Positions 31,644 through 41,039 of a stretch of DNA of 64,000 nucleotides are shown piece after piece. Both the position numbers and the translations under genes were made by a program. A model generated the notes under the pieces. That model made no database searches, was not told the DNA's origin, and saw only the letters and a program-made list of their open reading frames with translations. Source of the stretch: Gemmatimonadota bacterium (GTDB lineage: Bacteria > Gemmatimonadota > Gemmatimonadetes > Palauibacterales > Palauibacteraceae); contig JBDHAC010000009.1 in the NCBI GenBank assembly GCA_039588275.1, forward strand, positions 25,883-89,882, written 5' to 3'. Every line of letters begins with the position of its first letter. Position 1 is the stretch's first letter.

Positions 31644-32447
31644 ATGAAATCATCCTATGCTCCAGCGGTCGCCATCTGGTTGGGTGCGGCCACCTCGATC
31701 CTCGCCTGCGCTCCGCCCGGAGACGATTCCCCCCCCGCCTCGCCGGAGGCGGCTCTTGGGGATTCGCTCGTCGACGCCTGGATCGCGTCGGCCGGCGGCC
31801 TCGGCGCGTGGTGGGACGTCGAGAGCGCGCGTTACACGGTCACCACCGTCTGGTACGACTCCGTCGAGCAGATCCGGCGTATGCGTCCACGGCGTGTCGA
31901 GTTGCGGAAGGTGTCCGGGAGCGAGCAATCGCGCATCGAGCGCCCCGAGGCGGAAGGGCTTTATGTGCAGGTGTTCACAGGAGATACGGCATGGGCTACG
32001 CTAAACGAGGTCAGGCTCCCGGCGGACCATCCGGCGGCCGCCGAGTCCGAGTACGTGGGCCGCGACGTGTTCTACTGGTTCGGGCTGCCGTACAAGCTGC
32101 GCGACCCCGGGGTGAACCGGAGGGCTCGCCAGCTCCCGGACGGCGGCTACGAACTGACCGTCACTTTCGGCGATGAGATCGGAGCCCACCCGGGCGACCG
32201 GTACTTCTATTACTTCCTGGATGACGACCCCCAACCGGAAGAAGTCCACTACATCGAGCAGGGTCGTGGCGAAGAAGCCAGGAGCCGCACTGTATGGTCC
32301 GGCGTCGGTCGCGCTGGAGCCCTCTCCTACGTCGTGAGTCGGGTGTGGTTGGACTCGGCGGAGCGCCGCACCAAAGAGCTCAGGATCGACGACGTGACGA
32401 TCAATCCCGAGCTCCCGGACTCGCTGTTCGAGCCCCCTCGAAACTGA
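31644..32447 (+). CDS. Lipoprotein, DUF6503/LolA-like
   Basis: Lipobox ILAC; AGGLGAW, FYWFGLPYKLRDPG, INPELPDSLF. Confidence 0.6.
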   Translation: MKSSYAPAVAIWLGAATSILACAPPGDDSPPASPEAALGDSLVDAWIASAGGLGAWWDVESARYTVTTVWYDSVEQIRRMRPRRVELRKVSGSEQSRIERPEAEGLYVQVFTGDTAWATLNEVRLPADHPAAAESEYVGRDVFYWFGLPYKLRDPGVNRRARQLPDGGYELTVTFGDEIGAHPGDRYFYYFLDDDPQPEEVHYIEQGRGEEARSRTVWSGVGRAGALSYVVSRVWLDSAERRTKELRIDDVTINPELPDSLFEPPRN

Positions 32448-32471
32448 CGTCGGGCGCGGCCAAATTCTGGT

Positions 32472-32500
32472 TTGCCGCCCCGGCTTCGCTCGGCTAGGTT
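32472..32500 (+). promoter_or_regulatory. Putative sigma70 promoter TTGCCG-N17-TAGGTT
   Basis: Correct spacing; about 70 nt upstream of the M42 peptidase operon. Confidence 0.45.
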
Positions 32501-32572
32501 AGCGCCCGACCACGAGTTGTGCGCGTCTGGCGCGAACCGAACCGGTCTCCACCACGGAACGTGAACGCACCG

Positions 32573-33643
32573 ATGAATCCCGACATGCGACACTCTCTGG
32601 CGCGGCTCCTTGACGCTCACGGACCCTCCGGGTTCGAGGCGCAGGCGGGTGCGGTATGGCGCAAGGAAGCCGAGAAATTCGCCGAACAGGTATGGGTTGA
32701 TGTACACGGCAACTCCTTCGCGTCGATCGGGGCCGACGGGGCCCCGACCGTCATGCTCGCCGGCCATATCGACGAAATCGGACTCATGGTCCACTACATC
32801 GATGACGACGGGTACCTGTTCGTCCGCGCGGTCGGAGGGTGGGATCCGCAGGTGCTGGTGGGTCAGCGGGTGGAGGTCCTGACCCGCGAGGGACCGGTGG
32901 TCGGAGTCATCGGCAGGCGCGCCGTCCACCTGCTCAACCCGGACGAGCGCGACAAGGCCGTGAAGGTCAAAGACCTGTGGGTCGATATCGGCGCCGCCGA
33001 CGGTGAAGCGGCTCGAGCGCTCGTCTCGGTGGGAGATGTGGCCGTGATACGGTCCGATACGGTCGAGCTCGGCGAGACGTGCCTGGCCGCGAGGTCCGTG
33101 GATGATCGGATCGGGGCCGTGGTCGTCCTCGAATCGCTGCGCCGCGCCGCTGAGAAAGGCACCGGGGCGCGCGTGGTGGCCGTAGCGACGACGCAGGAGG
33201 AGATCAGCATGCGCTCCGGCGGGGGCGCTCGAACGAGCAGCTTCGGTCTGGAGCCGGATGTGGCCATCGTGGTCGACGTCACCCACGCCACGGACCATCC
33301 GAACCTTGATAAAAAGGAATACGGCGACGTACGGCTGGGAGCCGGGCCGGTGCTCAGCCGCGGGGCGGTGGTCAACGGAATCCTCCTCGAGGGACTCAGA
33401 GCGGCTGCCGAGACTGCCGCGATCCCGGTCCAGTTGTTGGCCGCGCCATCCGCGACCGGCACGGATGCGGACACGATCTTCACGAGCCGTGCCGGGGTGG
33501 CGACGGCCATCGTCTCCGTGCCGAACCGTTACATGCACAGCCCGAACCAGCTCGTGGACGTTTCTGACGTCGAGGGGGCGTCCGAGCTCATCGCGTCGTA
33601 TCTGTCCGGTCTCGAGCCGGAGCAGAGCTTCATTCCCGATTGA
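32573..33643 (+). CDS. M42 family metallo-aminopeptidase
   Basis: GPSGFE, AGHIDEIG, DDRIG, TQEEI, VDVTHA, GTDAD, RYMHSP. Confidence 0.93.
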   Translation: MNPDMRHSLARLLDAHGPSGFEAQAGAVWRKEAEKFAEQVWVDVHGNSFASIGADGAPTVMLAGHIDEIGLMVHYIDDDGYLFVRAVGGWDPQVLVGQRVEVLTREGPVVGVIGRRAVHLLNPDERDKAVKVKDLWVDIGAADGEAARALVSVGDVAVIRSDTVELGETCLAARSVDDRIGAVVVLESLRRAAEKGTGARVVAVATTQEEISMRSGGGARTSSFGLEPDVAIVVDVTHATDHPNLDKKEYGDVRLGAGPVLSRGAVVNGILLEGLRAAAETAAIPVQLLAAPSATGTDADTIFTSRAGVATAIVSVPNRYMHSPNQLVDVSDVEGASELIASYLSGLEPEQSFIPD

Positions 33644-33674
33644 GCGCACCCTTTGAGAACCCCCACCCACCCAA

Positions 33675-34382
33675 TTGACCGAGTCGAAGCGCGGGCGTAG
33701 GGAGCGCCCGAAAGAGGCTATCCGCAGCCGCGCGGTCGAGGATTACCTCAAGGCGGTGTACAAGCTCCAGCAGGCCGCGGCCTCGGTCTCGACCACGGCG
33801 CTCGCAGAGGAGCTCGGGAGATCGGCGGCCTCGGTCACGAACATGGTCAAGAGCCTGGCCGAGCACGGGCTCCTCGAGCACGAGCCGTATCGAGGCGTGC
33901 GACTCACGGCCAGCGGGGAGTTGACGGCGCTCCGCATCATCCGCCGACACAGGGTCCTCGAGCTGTATCTGATCGAGAAGCTCGGTTTCACGTGGGACAA
34001 CGTACACGAGGAGGCGGAGCGGTTGGAGCACGCCGCCAGCGAGGCGCTGATCGACCGCATGGCACAGGCGCTCGGGGAGCCTTCGTTCGACCCGCATGGG
34101 TCGCCGATCCCGACGCGCGAGGGTGTGATCGCTGCGACAGATCGGACGTCCCTGAGCCAGGTCCAGCCAGGCGAGGGGGCGATCGTGCGCGAAGTCTCGG
34201 ATGAGAGCGCGGAAGGATTGCGGCGCCTGGCGAGGCTGGGTCTGTTTCCTGGCACGCGCCTCCGCGTGATGAGCTCGCCCTCGCCCGCTTCGGTGGTGCG
34301 GATCGAGGTCGAGGGGCGAGGCATGGAGATTGAAGAGAGTTTAGCGGATGCAGTATTCGTGGAACTGGAACCGTCGAGTTGA
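33675..34382 (+). CDS. DtxR/MntR metal-dependent transcriptional regulator with FeoA domain
   Basis: EDYLKAVY, RRHRVLELYL, EAERLEH, DPHGSPIP, LGLFPG. Confidence 0.93.
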   Translation: MTESKRGRRERPKEAIRSRAVEDYLKAVYKLQQAAASVSTTALAEELGRSAASVTNMVKSLAEHGLLEHEPYRGVRLTASGELTALRIIRRHRVLELYLIEKLGFTWDNVHEEAERLEHAASEALIDRMAQALGEPSFDPHGSPIPTREGVIAATDRTSLSQVQPGEGAIVREVSDESAEGLRRLARLGLFPGTRLRVMSSPSPASVVRIEVEGRGMEIEESLADAVFVELEPSS

Positions 34383-34385
34383 TCG

Positions 34386-34643
34386 ATGAGTGCACAGATA
34401 AGGGCCGATGGCGACACATGGACCGCCAGGCTCGGTGATCAGCGGCCCGGCGCGGAGACGCGACCGGTGCTCTTCTTTTGTACGACGACCGACCAGCGCC
34501 CGTATCGGGTGGTCGAGGTTCCCGCGGACCGTTTCGATGGGGATGACGACCTAGATGAGCTGGCCGAGGACGAACTGCGGGACCTGTTCGCCGACTCACG
34601 CTCGATGGACTTCCCACGGGAGTATCCCAAATACACGGCGTGA
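34386..34643 (+). CDS. Small acidic hypothetical protein
   Basis: 85-aa ORF filling the gap exactly between flanking genes (3-nt gap upstream, GTGA overlap downstream). Confidence 0.7.
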   Translation: MSAQIRADGDTWTARLGDQRPGAETRPVLFFCTTTDQRPYRVVEVPADRFDGDDDLDELAEDELRDLFADSRSMDFPREYPKYTA

Positions 34644-35512
34644 AAGGCGGAACGGGGTCGCTCACGGCCGGTCATGGATCGGCCGAGGTGACCGTGGACC
34701 TCCACATGCATTCGACGGCCTCGGACGGAACCCTTCCGCCGCAGGAAGTGGTGCGCCGCGCCGTATCGGTCGGGTTGGGAGGGATCGCGCTCACCGATCA
34801 CGACACCGTGGAGGGTATCGCGGAAGCGATGTCCGAGGCCGAGGGGCACGACCTCGCGTTCTTGCCCGGTGCGGAGCTGTCCGCCAACGAGCCCGGACGG
34901 TCGATCCACCTGCTCGCGTACGGGTTCGATCTCACCGACGGGAACCTCCTGGCGTTCTTTGAAGAGTACGGAGCCGACCGTCGCCGTCGGGCGCGCGATA
35001 TCGTGGGCCGGCTGCGGGGTCTCGGCCTGCAGCTCCACTACGAGGATGTCGAGGAGCAGGCCGGGTCCGCCGCGCCCACACGTGCGCACGTCGCTCGAGC
35101 GCTCGTTCAGCACGGGCACGTGCCCAGCGAGGAGCAAGTGTTTCGCCACTATCTCTCGCGCGGGCGGCCGGGATACGTGGAAAAACGCCCCACGCCGCCC
35201 GCGGAAGTGATCGATCGCGTGCATCGGGCGGGCGGCGTCGTGCTGTTGGCGCACCCGGGTCGGACCCACGGTCCCGCCGAGGTTCGCCGCTGGGTGGCGG
35301 ATGGCCTGGACGGAGTGGAGATCCGTCACCCGAACAACCCACCGCGAGTCCGGCGGCGTATGGCGGCGCTCGTGGAGGAGCTCGGGCTGCTGCGCAGCGG
35401 CGGCTCGGACTGGCACGGGCCGGGGACCCGCAAGTTCGATCTGGGTGGGGAGTCGGTGCCGTTGGCGTGGATGCGGGAGATCGAGACTCGGTGCCCGGCG
35501 CTGAGCGCTTGA
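34640..35512 (+). CDS. PHP-domain phosphoesterase (YciV/TrpH-like)
   Basis: DLHMHSTASDG, LTDHD, GAELS, HLLAY, LAHP, GGSDWHG. Confidence 0.92.
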   Translation: MKGGTGSLTAGHGSAEVTVDLHMHSTASDGTLPPQEVVRRAVSVGLGGIALTDHDTVEGIAEAMSEAEGHDLAFLPGAELSANEPGRSIHLLAYGFDLTDGNLLAFFEEYGADRRRRARDIVGRLRGLGLQLHYEDVEEQAGSAAPTRAHVARALVQHGHVPSEEQVFRHYLSRGRPGYVEKRPTPPAEVIDRVHRAGGVVLLAHPGRTHGPAEVRRWVADGLDGVEIRHPNNPPRVRRRMAALVEELGLLRSGGSDWHGPGTRKFDLGGESVPLAWMREIETRCPALSA

Positions 35513-35628
35513 GCGGTGCGCTCCCTACGGCGGGTACCGTAGCCCGGCGCTGCCGGCAGGTCGCTCGAAGATGCGAGCCGGTCGCGGGGTATCGAGACGA
35601 GGATGGAAAGGACGCGAGGTAAGCCGCG

Positions 35629-36603
35629 ATGGAAGTGAACGATCACGAGATGATCATTATCGGCGCTGGCCCGGCGGGTTTGTGCGCAGCGCTATACGCG
35701 GGTCGCTCGGAGCTGGACGCGGTCCTGCTCGAGTTGGGTCTGCCCGGGGGGCAGCTCCTGCTCACCGATCTCGTCGATGATTATCCCGGCGTGGAAGAAG
35801 TCGGCGGCATGGAGCTCGCGCAGAAGATGGCGGAGCACGCCAAGAGATTCGGGGTGGAGGCGACCCGGGGTCGTGTTGAGCGTGTGTCGCGGGATGAGAA
35901 GGGTGTCTTCCTGGTGGACGTGGAGGGCGGGCGCCGCTATCGAGCACCAACGGTGGTCTTCACTGCGGGGGGAACTCCCAGACCGCTGGGTGTTCCGGGT
36001 GAGAACCGGTTCCTGGGTCGAGGCGTGAGCTACTGCGCGATCTGCGATGGCGCCTTCTTCAAGGGAGAGGAGATCGCCGTGATCGGGGGTGGCGACGCGG
36101 CCGTCGAGGAAGGTGAGTTCCTGACGCGCTACGCCTCGAAGGTCACGCTCGTCCACCGTCGAGACGAGCTCCGGGCTCAAGCCGTTCTCCAGAATCGCCT
36201 GCTCAACAATCCGAAGGTGGAGGTGCGTTGGGACACGGTGGTGGACGAGATCCTCGGAGACGAGGGCGGCGTCACCGGGTTGCGGCTGCGCGACGTAAAG
36301 ACGGATGAGCTGTCGGAACTTTCTGTCACAGGGGTGTTTATCTTCATCGGATTCACACCCAACGTAGGCAGCCTCGCGGAGCACGTGGACCACGACTTGA
36401 GCGGTTATATTGTAACGGACCGCGATATGCGTGCGTCGATTCCGGGGCTGTTCGTGGCGGGAGATGTCCGCTCGCAGCTCGTGCGCCAGATCACCACGGC
36501 CGTGGGTGACGCCACGACCGCGGTGTTTGCGGCGGAGAAGTACTTGCAGGAGCTCGAGGACGCGCACACCGAGCGGGCCGTGGAGGAGGAACAAACCGCA
36601 TGA
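35629..36603 (+). CDS. trxB: Thioredoxin reductase
   Basis: GAGPAG, GVSYCAICDG (CxxC), GGGDAAVEE, HRRD, AGDV. Confidence 0.96.
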   Translation: MEVNDHEMIIIGAGPAGLCAALYAGRSELDAVLLELGLPGGQLLLTDLVDDYPGVEEVGGMELAQKMAEHAKRFGVEATRGRVERVSRDEKGVFLVDVEGGRRYRAPTVVFTAGGTPRPLGVPGENRFLGRGVSYCAICDGAFFKGEEIAVIGGGDAAVEEGEFLTRYASKVTLVHRRDELRAQAVLQNRLLNNPKVEVRWDTVVDEILGDEGGVTGLRLRDVKTDELSELSVTGVFIFIGFTPNVGSLAEHVDHDLSGYIVTDRDMRASIPGLFVAGDVRSQLVRQITTAVGDATTAVFAAEKYLQELEDAHTERAVEEEQTA

Positions 36604-36971
36604 CCGATACCGCGCAGCAGGAGACGGGAACGCCGACGGGCGACGCGCTGGTTGCGCTGACCCCGGAGGCCGCGGACAAAGTGCGTGAGTTCATGGCGGC
36701 GGACGGAGCGCCCGACGCCGCGCTTCGCGTGAGCGTACTGCCAGGAGGGTGCTCCGGGTTCGAGTACGGCCTGGACATCGAGGACGAGATCCGCGAAGAC
36801 GACTTCGTTTTCGAATCGCACGGCATCCGCCTCGTCATGGATCCGTTCAGCGCCCAGTACCTGAACGGCGTATCGATCGGATACCACAGCTCGTTCCAGG
36901 GCTCCGGCTTCACGTTCGACAATCCCAACGCGACCGGGAGCTGCGGCTGCGGAACGTCCTTCGCGGTGTGA
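36600..36971 (+). CDS. A-type Fe-S cluster carrier (IscA/ErpA/HesB)
   Basis: GGCSGFEY and NPNATGSCGCGTSF. Confidence 0.95.
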   Translation: MTDTAQQETGTPTGDALVALTPEAADKVREFMAADGAPDAALRVSVLPGGCSGFEYGLDIEDEIREDDFVFESHGIRLVMDPFSAQYLNGVSIGYHSSFQGSGFTFDNPNATGSCGCGTSFAV

Positions 36972-37015
36972 GCCGCGGCGCGCATCCCGCCCGGCACGCC
37001 ATCGAGGTCCCTGAC

Positions 37016-37648
37016 ATGCAGGTCCGCCGTCTCACGGTTGGCGTCTTCCAATCCAACTGCTATCTGATCGGTCCGTCCTCGGACGGATTCGTCCTGGTGG
37101 TGGATCCCGGCTCGGACGGCGAAGTCATCGCGGAGGCGCTTCGCGGAGCGGGTGGCGAATTGGCAGCGATCCTCCTCACGCACGCGCACCTCGATCACAT
37201 CGGGGCCGTCGCCGAGCTACGCGCCACGTTCGATGTGCCGATATACCTGCACCCCGCGGATCTGCCCCTGTATGAACACGCCCGGGAGCAGGCCGCGGCG
37301 TACGGTCTCACCGTCGATGCCCCGCCCCCGCCGGATCGGGATCTCGGCCACGGCGACCGATTGACCTTCGGCGACCTTACGCTCGACGTCAGGCATGCGC
37401 CCGGGCACTCCCCGGGCGGCGTCGTCCTGGTCGGCGACGGCGAGGCATTCGTCGGGGATTGCGTATTCGCCGGATCGATCGGACGGACCGACCTGCCGGG
37501 CGGAGACACGCGGACGCTCATTCAGTCCATTCGCGATCAGATCCTCACGCTGCCGCCGGACACGGTCCTCCACCCCGGCCACGGGCCACGGACGACGGTC
37601 GGTTTCGAGGCGGCGTCGAACCCGTTCCTGACGGGGGCGTTCGGGTGA
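37016..37648 (+). CDS. MBL-fold hydrolase, glyoxalase II-like (YcbL/GloC type)
   Basis: THAHLDHIG, PGHSPG, GDCVFAGSIGRTD, PGHG, NPFL; start may be GTG 36968. Confidence 0.9.
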   Translation: MQVRRLTVGVFQSNCYLIGPSSDGFVLVVDPGSDGEVIAEALRGAGGELAAILLTHAHLDHIGAVAELRATFDVPIYLHPADLPLYEHAREQAAAYGLTVDAPPPPDRDLGHGDRLTFGDLTLDVRHAPGHSPGGVVLVGDGEAFVGDCVFAGSIGRTDLPGGDTRTLIQSIRDQILTLPPDTVLHPGHGPRTTVGFEAASNPFLTGAFG

Positions 37649-38775
37649 AGCGCGATCCGGCCGCGTCCACGGAGGAGGAGGCATCCAGCTCGGTGACGTT
37701 GGGCGCCGCACCGGATATCGAATCCGGTGACGCCGCTCGACTGGCCGGTCTGGTGGCGTCCGTCGACGGGGCGAACCGGGCGACGGTGCTCACGCACGAC
37801 AACCCCGATCCCGATGCGCTGGCGTCGACCGCCGCGCTGGCTTTCCTGCTCGAGAAACGAGCATCCTTGCCCACGACCGTCGCCTTCGGCGGGATCGTGG
37901 GCCGGGCCGAGAACAGAGCGCTGATTCAGGAGATGGGCGTCAAGTTCCAGCGGATCGAATCGCTGGACCTGCCCGCCGGAGCCGCGATCGTGATGGTCGA
38001 CACACAGCCGCGAGCCGGGAACAACTCGCTGCCGGCGGGCCGCATCGTCTCGGCGGTCGTGGATCACCACCCGCCCCGCCCGGACACGGTGGCGGCCACT
38101 TTCTCCGATATCAGACCGGAGTACGGCGCGAGCTGCTCCATGCTCGTGGAGTATCTGCGAGCTGCGGAGCTCGAACCCGAACCACGGCTCGCGACGGCGA
38201 TGTTCTACGCGATTCAATCGGAAACCATGGATCTGGGCCGCGAGGCATCGCGCGCCGACGTGGAGGCCAGCACCTACCTGTACCCGCTGTCGGATCCCGA
38301 GGCGATCTCGCGAATCCGACATGCACGCGTGCCTGCAAGCTACTTCCGGTCCATGCATGAAGCGCTCGACGCCGCCCGGCGATACGGGACTGTACTGGCG
38401 GTGTACCTGACGCGGTTGGAGTATCCGGACATGGTGGCGGAGATCGCCGACCTGTTCATGCAAATGGCGGGTATCGACTGGACGATCGCCATTGGCCGTT
38501 ATCGGGAGCAGTTGCTCATGTCGATGCGCACCTACGATACCCGCGCGCACGCGGGATCCCTGGTGCGCGACGCGATCGGTGAGCGGGGCTCCGCGGGAGG
38601 GCACGGCACGTTCGCCGGAGGTCGGGTGCCCGTACGAGGTCTATCGGATGAAGAGGTCGACGAGCTGGGAGAGGAGATCCTCGCGGACCTCCTGCAGGCC
38701 CTCGGGGTCGATGGCGAGGCGCCCCAGCCGTTGATTCCCGAGTCCGGCTCCACGTCGGTCGAGGAGGCCGAATGA
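37645..38775 (+). CDS. DHH/DHHA1 family phosphoesterase
   Basis: HDNPDPDA, VDT, VVDHH, SAGGH; GTGA overlap. Confidence 0.88.
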   Translation: MKRDPAASTEEEASSSVTLGAAPDIESGDAARLAGLVASVDGANRATVLTHDNPDPDALASTAALAFLLEKRASLPTTVAFGGIVGRAENRALIQEMGVKFQRIESLDLPAGAAIVMVDTQPRAGNNSLPAGRIVSAVVDHHPPRPDTVAATFSDIRPEYGASCSMLVEYLRAAELEPEPRLATAMFYAIQSETMDLGREASRADVEASTYLYPLSDPEAISRIRHARVPASYFRSMHEALDAARRYGTVLAVYLTRLEYPDMVAEIADLFMQMAGIDWTIAIGRYREQLLMSMRTYDTRAHAGSLVRDAIGERGSAGGHGTFAGGRVPVRGLSDEEVDELGEEILADLLQALGVDGEAPQPLIPESGSTSVEEAE

Positions 38776-39380
38776 TTCGGGTGGGTTTGACGGGCACGCT
38801 CGCCGCTGGAAAGACCGCCGTCGGCCGCTTGTTCGAGCGCTGGGGAGCGCATCGAATCGATGCCGACGAACTGGCCCGTGAGGCCGTGGCGCCGGGCAGC
38901 CCGGGATTGGAGGCGATCCGTCGGGAATTCGGGGATGAGGCGCTCGACGCCGCGGGCTTTCTGGACCGAACCAGGATGCGGCGTGTCGCATTCGCCTCAC
39001 AGGTGGATCGGCGGCGTTTGGAGGCGATCGTCCACACCGAGGTTCGGCGGCTCCGGGCAGCTCGCCTGGCGGAGGCCGGGCGACTTGACACCCGCATCGT
39101 GATCGAGGAGGTGCCACTCCTGTTCGAGGTGGGCCTCGAGGGGGAGTACGACGCCATCGTCGTCGTGGATGCTCCCGAAGCGGTACGGCTCGAACGGGCG
39201 TCGCGTGCCCGGGGCTGGACCGCGGACGAGTTCGCCTCGATAGAGGCGACCCAGCTGCCAGGGGCCGAGAAGCGAGGGCGAGCGGAGTACGTCATCGACA
39301 ACGCGGGCTCCCGCGAGGAGCTGGAAGCCTGCAGTCGCCTGATATGGGACGAGCTTCAGTCGCTCGCGGAGGCGGCTTGA
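38772..39380 (+). CDS. coaE: Dephospho-CoA kinase
   Basis: VGLTGTLAAGKT, IDAD, LEAIVH, EVPLLFE, VIDN. Confidence 0.93.
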   Translation: MIRVGLTGTLAAGKTAVGRLFERWGAHRIDADELAREAVAPGSPGLEAIRREFGDEALDAAGFLDRTRMRRVAFASQVDRRRLEAIVHTEVRRLRAARLAEAGRLDTRIVIEEVPLLFEVGLEGEYDAIVVVDAPEAVRLERASRARGWTADEFASIEATQLPGAEKRGRAEYVIDNAGSREELEACSRLIWDELQSLAEAA

Positions 39381-40507
39381 CGCTCCCGCAGACCCCTCCT
39401 AGCGTCCCGGGAATGGCCGCGACCTCCCGTCGTCCCGAATCTGTTCTCGCCATCCCTCCCGGGCGCCGGAAGGCTCTCGCCGACCTTCGGGCGATTCTGG
39501 AGACGACCGGCCGGGTGGTGTTGACGACCCATATCAACGCTGACGGCGACGGTATCGGGAGCGAGGCCGCACTCGCGCGCTTCCTCATCCGCGGGGGAGC
39601 CCGCGTCACGCTGGTAAACCCGACCCCGGTGCCAGATACGCTCGCGTTCCTCGTCGAAGACCTGGAGGCTCACTCCCCGACCGACCCCGAGGGTGAACGG
39701 GCATTGCGGGAGGCCGATCTGCTCCTGCTCTTGGACACCAGCGAGGCGTCGCGACTGGGCGTGGTCGCGGGACGATTGGAGACCACCCGTGTGGCGGTGG
39801 TCGACCACCACCCCCCCTCGGATGAATCGTACGCCGAGGTCGTAGTCCGAGATACGTCCGCGTGCGCGACCGGCGAGCTCATCTACGACCTCCTGACGTT
39901 GCGTGGCGACGCGCTCGCCGAGGAGGACGCGGTCGGGCTGTACGTAGCGATCGTCACGGACACGGGTTCCTTCCGGTTCTCGAACACGAGCCCTCGCGCG
40001 CACGCGCTCGCGGCGCACCTGATCGCGACGGGTGTAGACCCTGCGGACCTGTACAGAAGGCTCTACGCGCAGCACACGCCCGCCCGGCTGAAGCTGATTC
40101 GGAGCGTGCTCGACAGCCTCGTTGTGGATGACGAGTGCCGCATCGCCTGGGTGACGATCACGCACGTGGCCCTGCGGGACGCCGGCGCCCGATCCGATGA
40201 CGCCGAGGGGCTGGTGGAGTATCCGAGGCGCATAAAGGGCGTCGAGGTGGCCATCCTGATGCGGGAAGTCTCGGCGGCACGAACAAAGGCTTCGCTGCGC
40301 TCGAACGGACGGTTGGATGTCTCGGCGCTGGCTCAGCAACTTGGAGGCGGTGGCCATCCGAAGGCCGCCGGCGTCCTGCTGGAGTTGCCGCTTCCCGAGG
40401 CGACCGATCTGGTCGTGGAGACGGTCCGGGCCGCCGTGCGGGGCATGGAGGAGGCGGGGGTCCGCGACTTGCAGCATGAGGCGGACGCGGAGGGGGCAGA
40501 GGCTTGA
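39377..40507 (+). CDS. nrnA: Oligoribonuclease/pAp phosphatase NrnA (DHH family)
   Basis: HINADGDGIGS, DHH, TDTGSFRF, SLRS, GGGGHPKAAG; TTG overlapping the coaE stop (ATG 39413 alternative). Confidence 0.85.
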   Translation: MTLPQTPPSVPGMAATSRRPESVLAIPPGRRKALADLRAILETTGRVVLTTHINADGDGIGSEAALARFLIRGGARVTLVNPTPVPDTLAFLVEDLEAHSPTDPEGERALREADLLLLLDTSEASRLGVVAGRLETTRVAVVDHHPPSDESYAEVVVRDTSACATGELIYDLLTLRGDALAEEDAVGLYVAIVTDTGSFRFSNTSPRAHALAAHLIATGVDPADLYRRLYAQHTPARLKLIRSVLDSLVVDDECRIAWVTITHVALRDAGARSDDAEGLVEYPRRIKGVEVAILMREVSAARTKASLRSNGRLDVSALAQQLGGGGHPKAAGVLLELPLPEATDLVVETVRAAVRGMEEAGVRDLQHEADAEGAEA

Positions 40508-40604
40508 TCCACGCGGGAGAGCGCATATCTTGAGCATGTCCCGTCCATTCCTGGAACGCGCCCTCGGTAACCTCGCGGGCGAGGCACCGTTGTCAGGAGG
40601 ACCT

Positions 40605-41039
40605 ATGGATGGGAAGGCCCCGGTGGCCGGCGGGACGGGAGCCAACGGTTCCGAGATCGAGACTCGCCTGAACGGCATTTCCGAAGCTGTCCCCCATCTC
40701 GAGATCGCCGAGTTGTGGCTGTTTCCACCGCTCACCGATGTCGAGGAATCGTCCGAGTTCTTTCTGTTCACGCGGTTTCTGGACGGAGATATTCGCGCTC
40801 TGTACAGCGCCCGCATGGAGCCCGCGAACGGGGCTCCCGCGCACCAGGTGATCGTCGAGCACGGACACGTGCCCGCGGGTCGCATCCCTCGACTCATCGG
40901 TCAATTGCAGCGTCGACTCGGCCGTACCGCGCCTCCCCGACACGTCGTGATCGATGGGGAGCACCAGCGCTGGGAAGACCTTCTGAACGAAGCGCGAACC
41001 GCGATCGAGCGGAACGGGGACGTTCCGGGACCGACCTGA
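40605..41039 (+). CDS. Hypothetical protein
   Basis: Strong AGGAGG RBS; coding-like codon pattern; ELWLFPPL motif; TTGATC-N16-TATCTT possible promoter at 40504-40531. Confidence 0.65.
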   Translation: MDGKAPVAGGTGANGSEIETRLNGISEAVPHLEIAELWLFPPLTDVEESSEFFLFTRFLDGDIRALYSARMEPANGAPAHQVIVEHGHVPAGRIPRLIGQLQRRLGRTAPPRHVVIDGEHQRWEDLLNEARTAIERNGDVPGPT

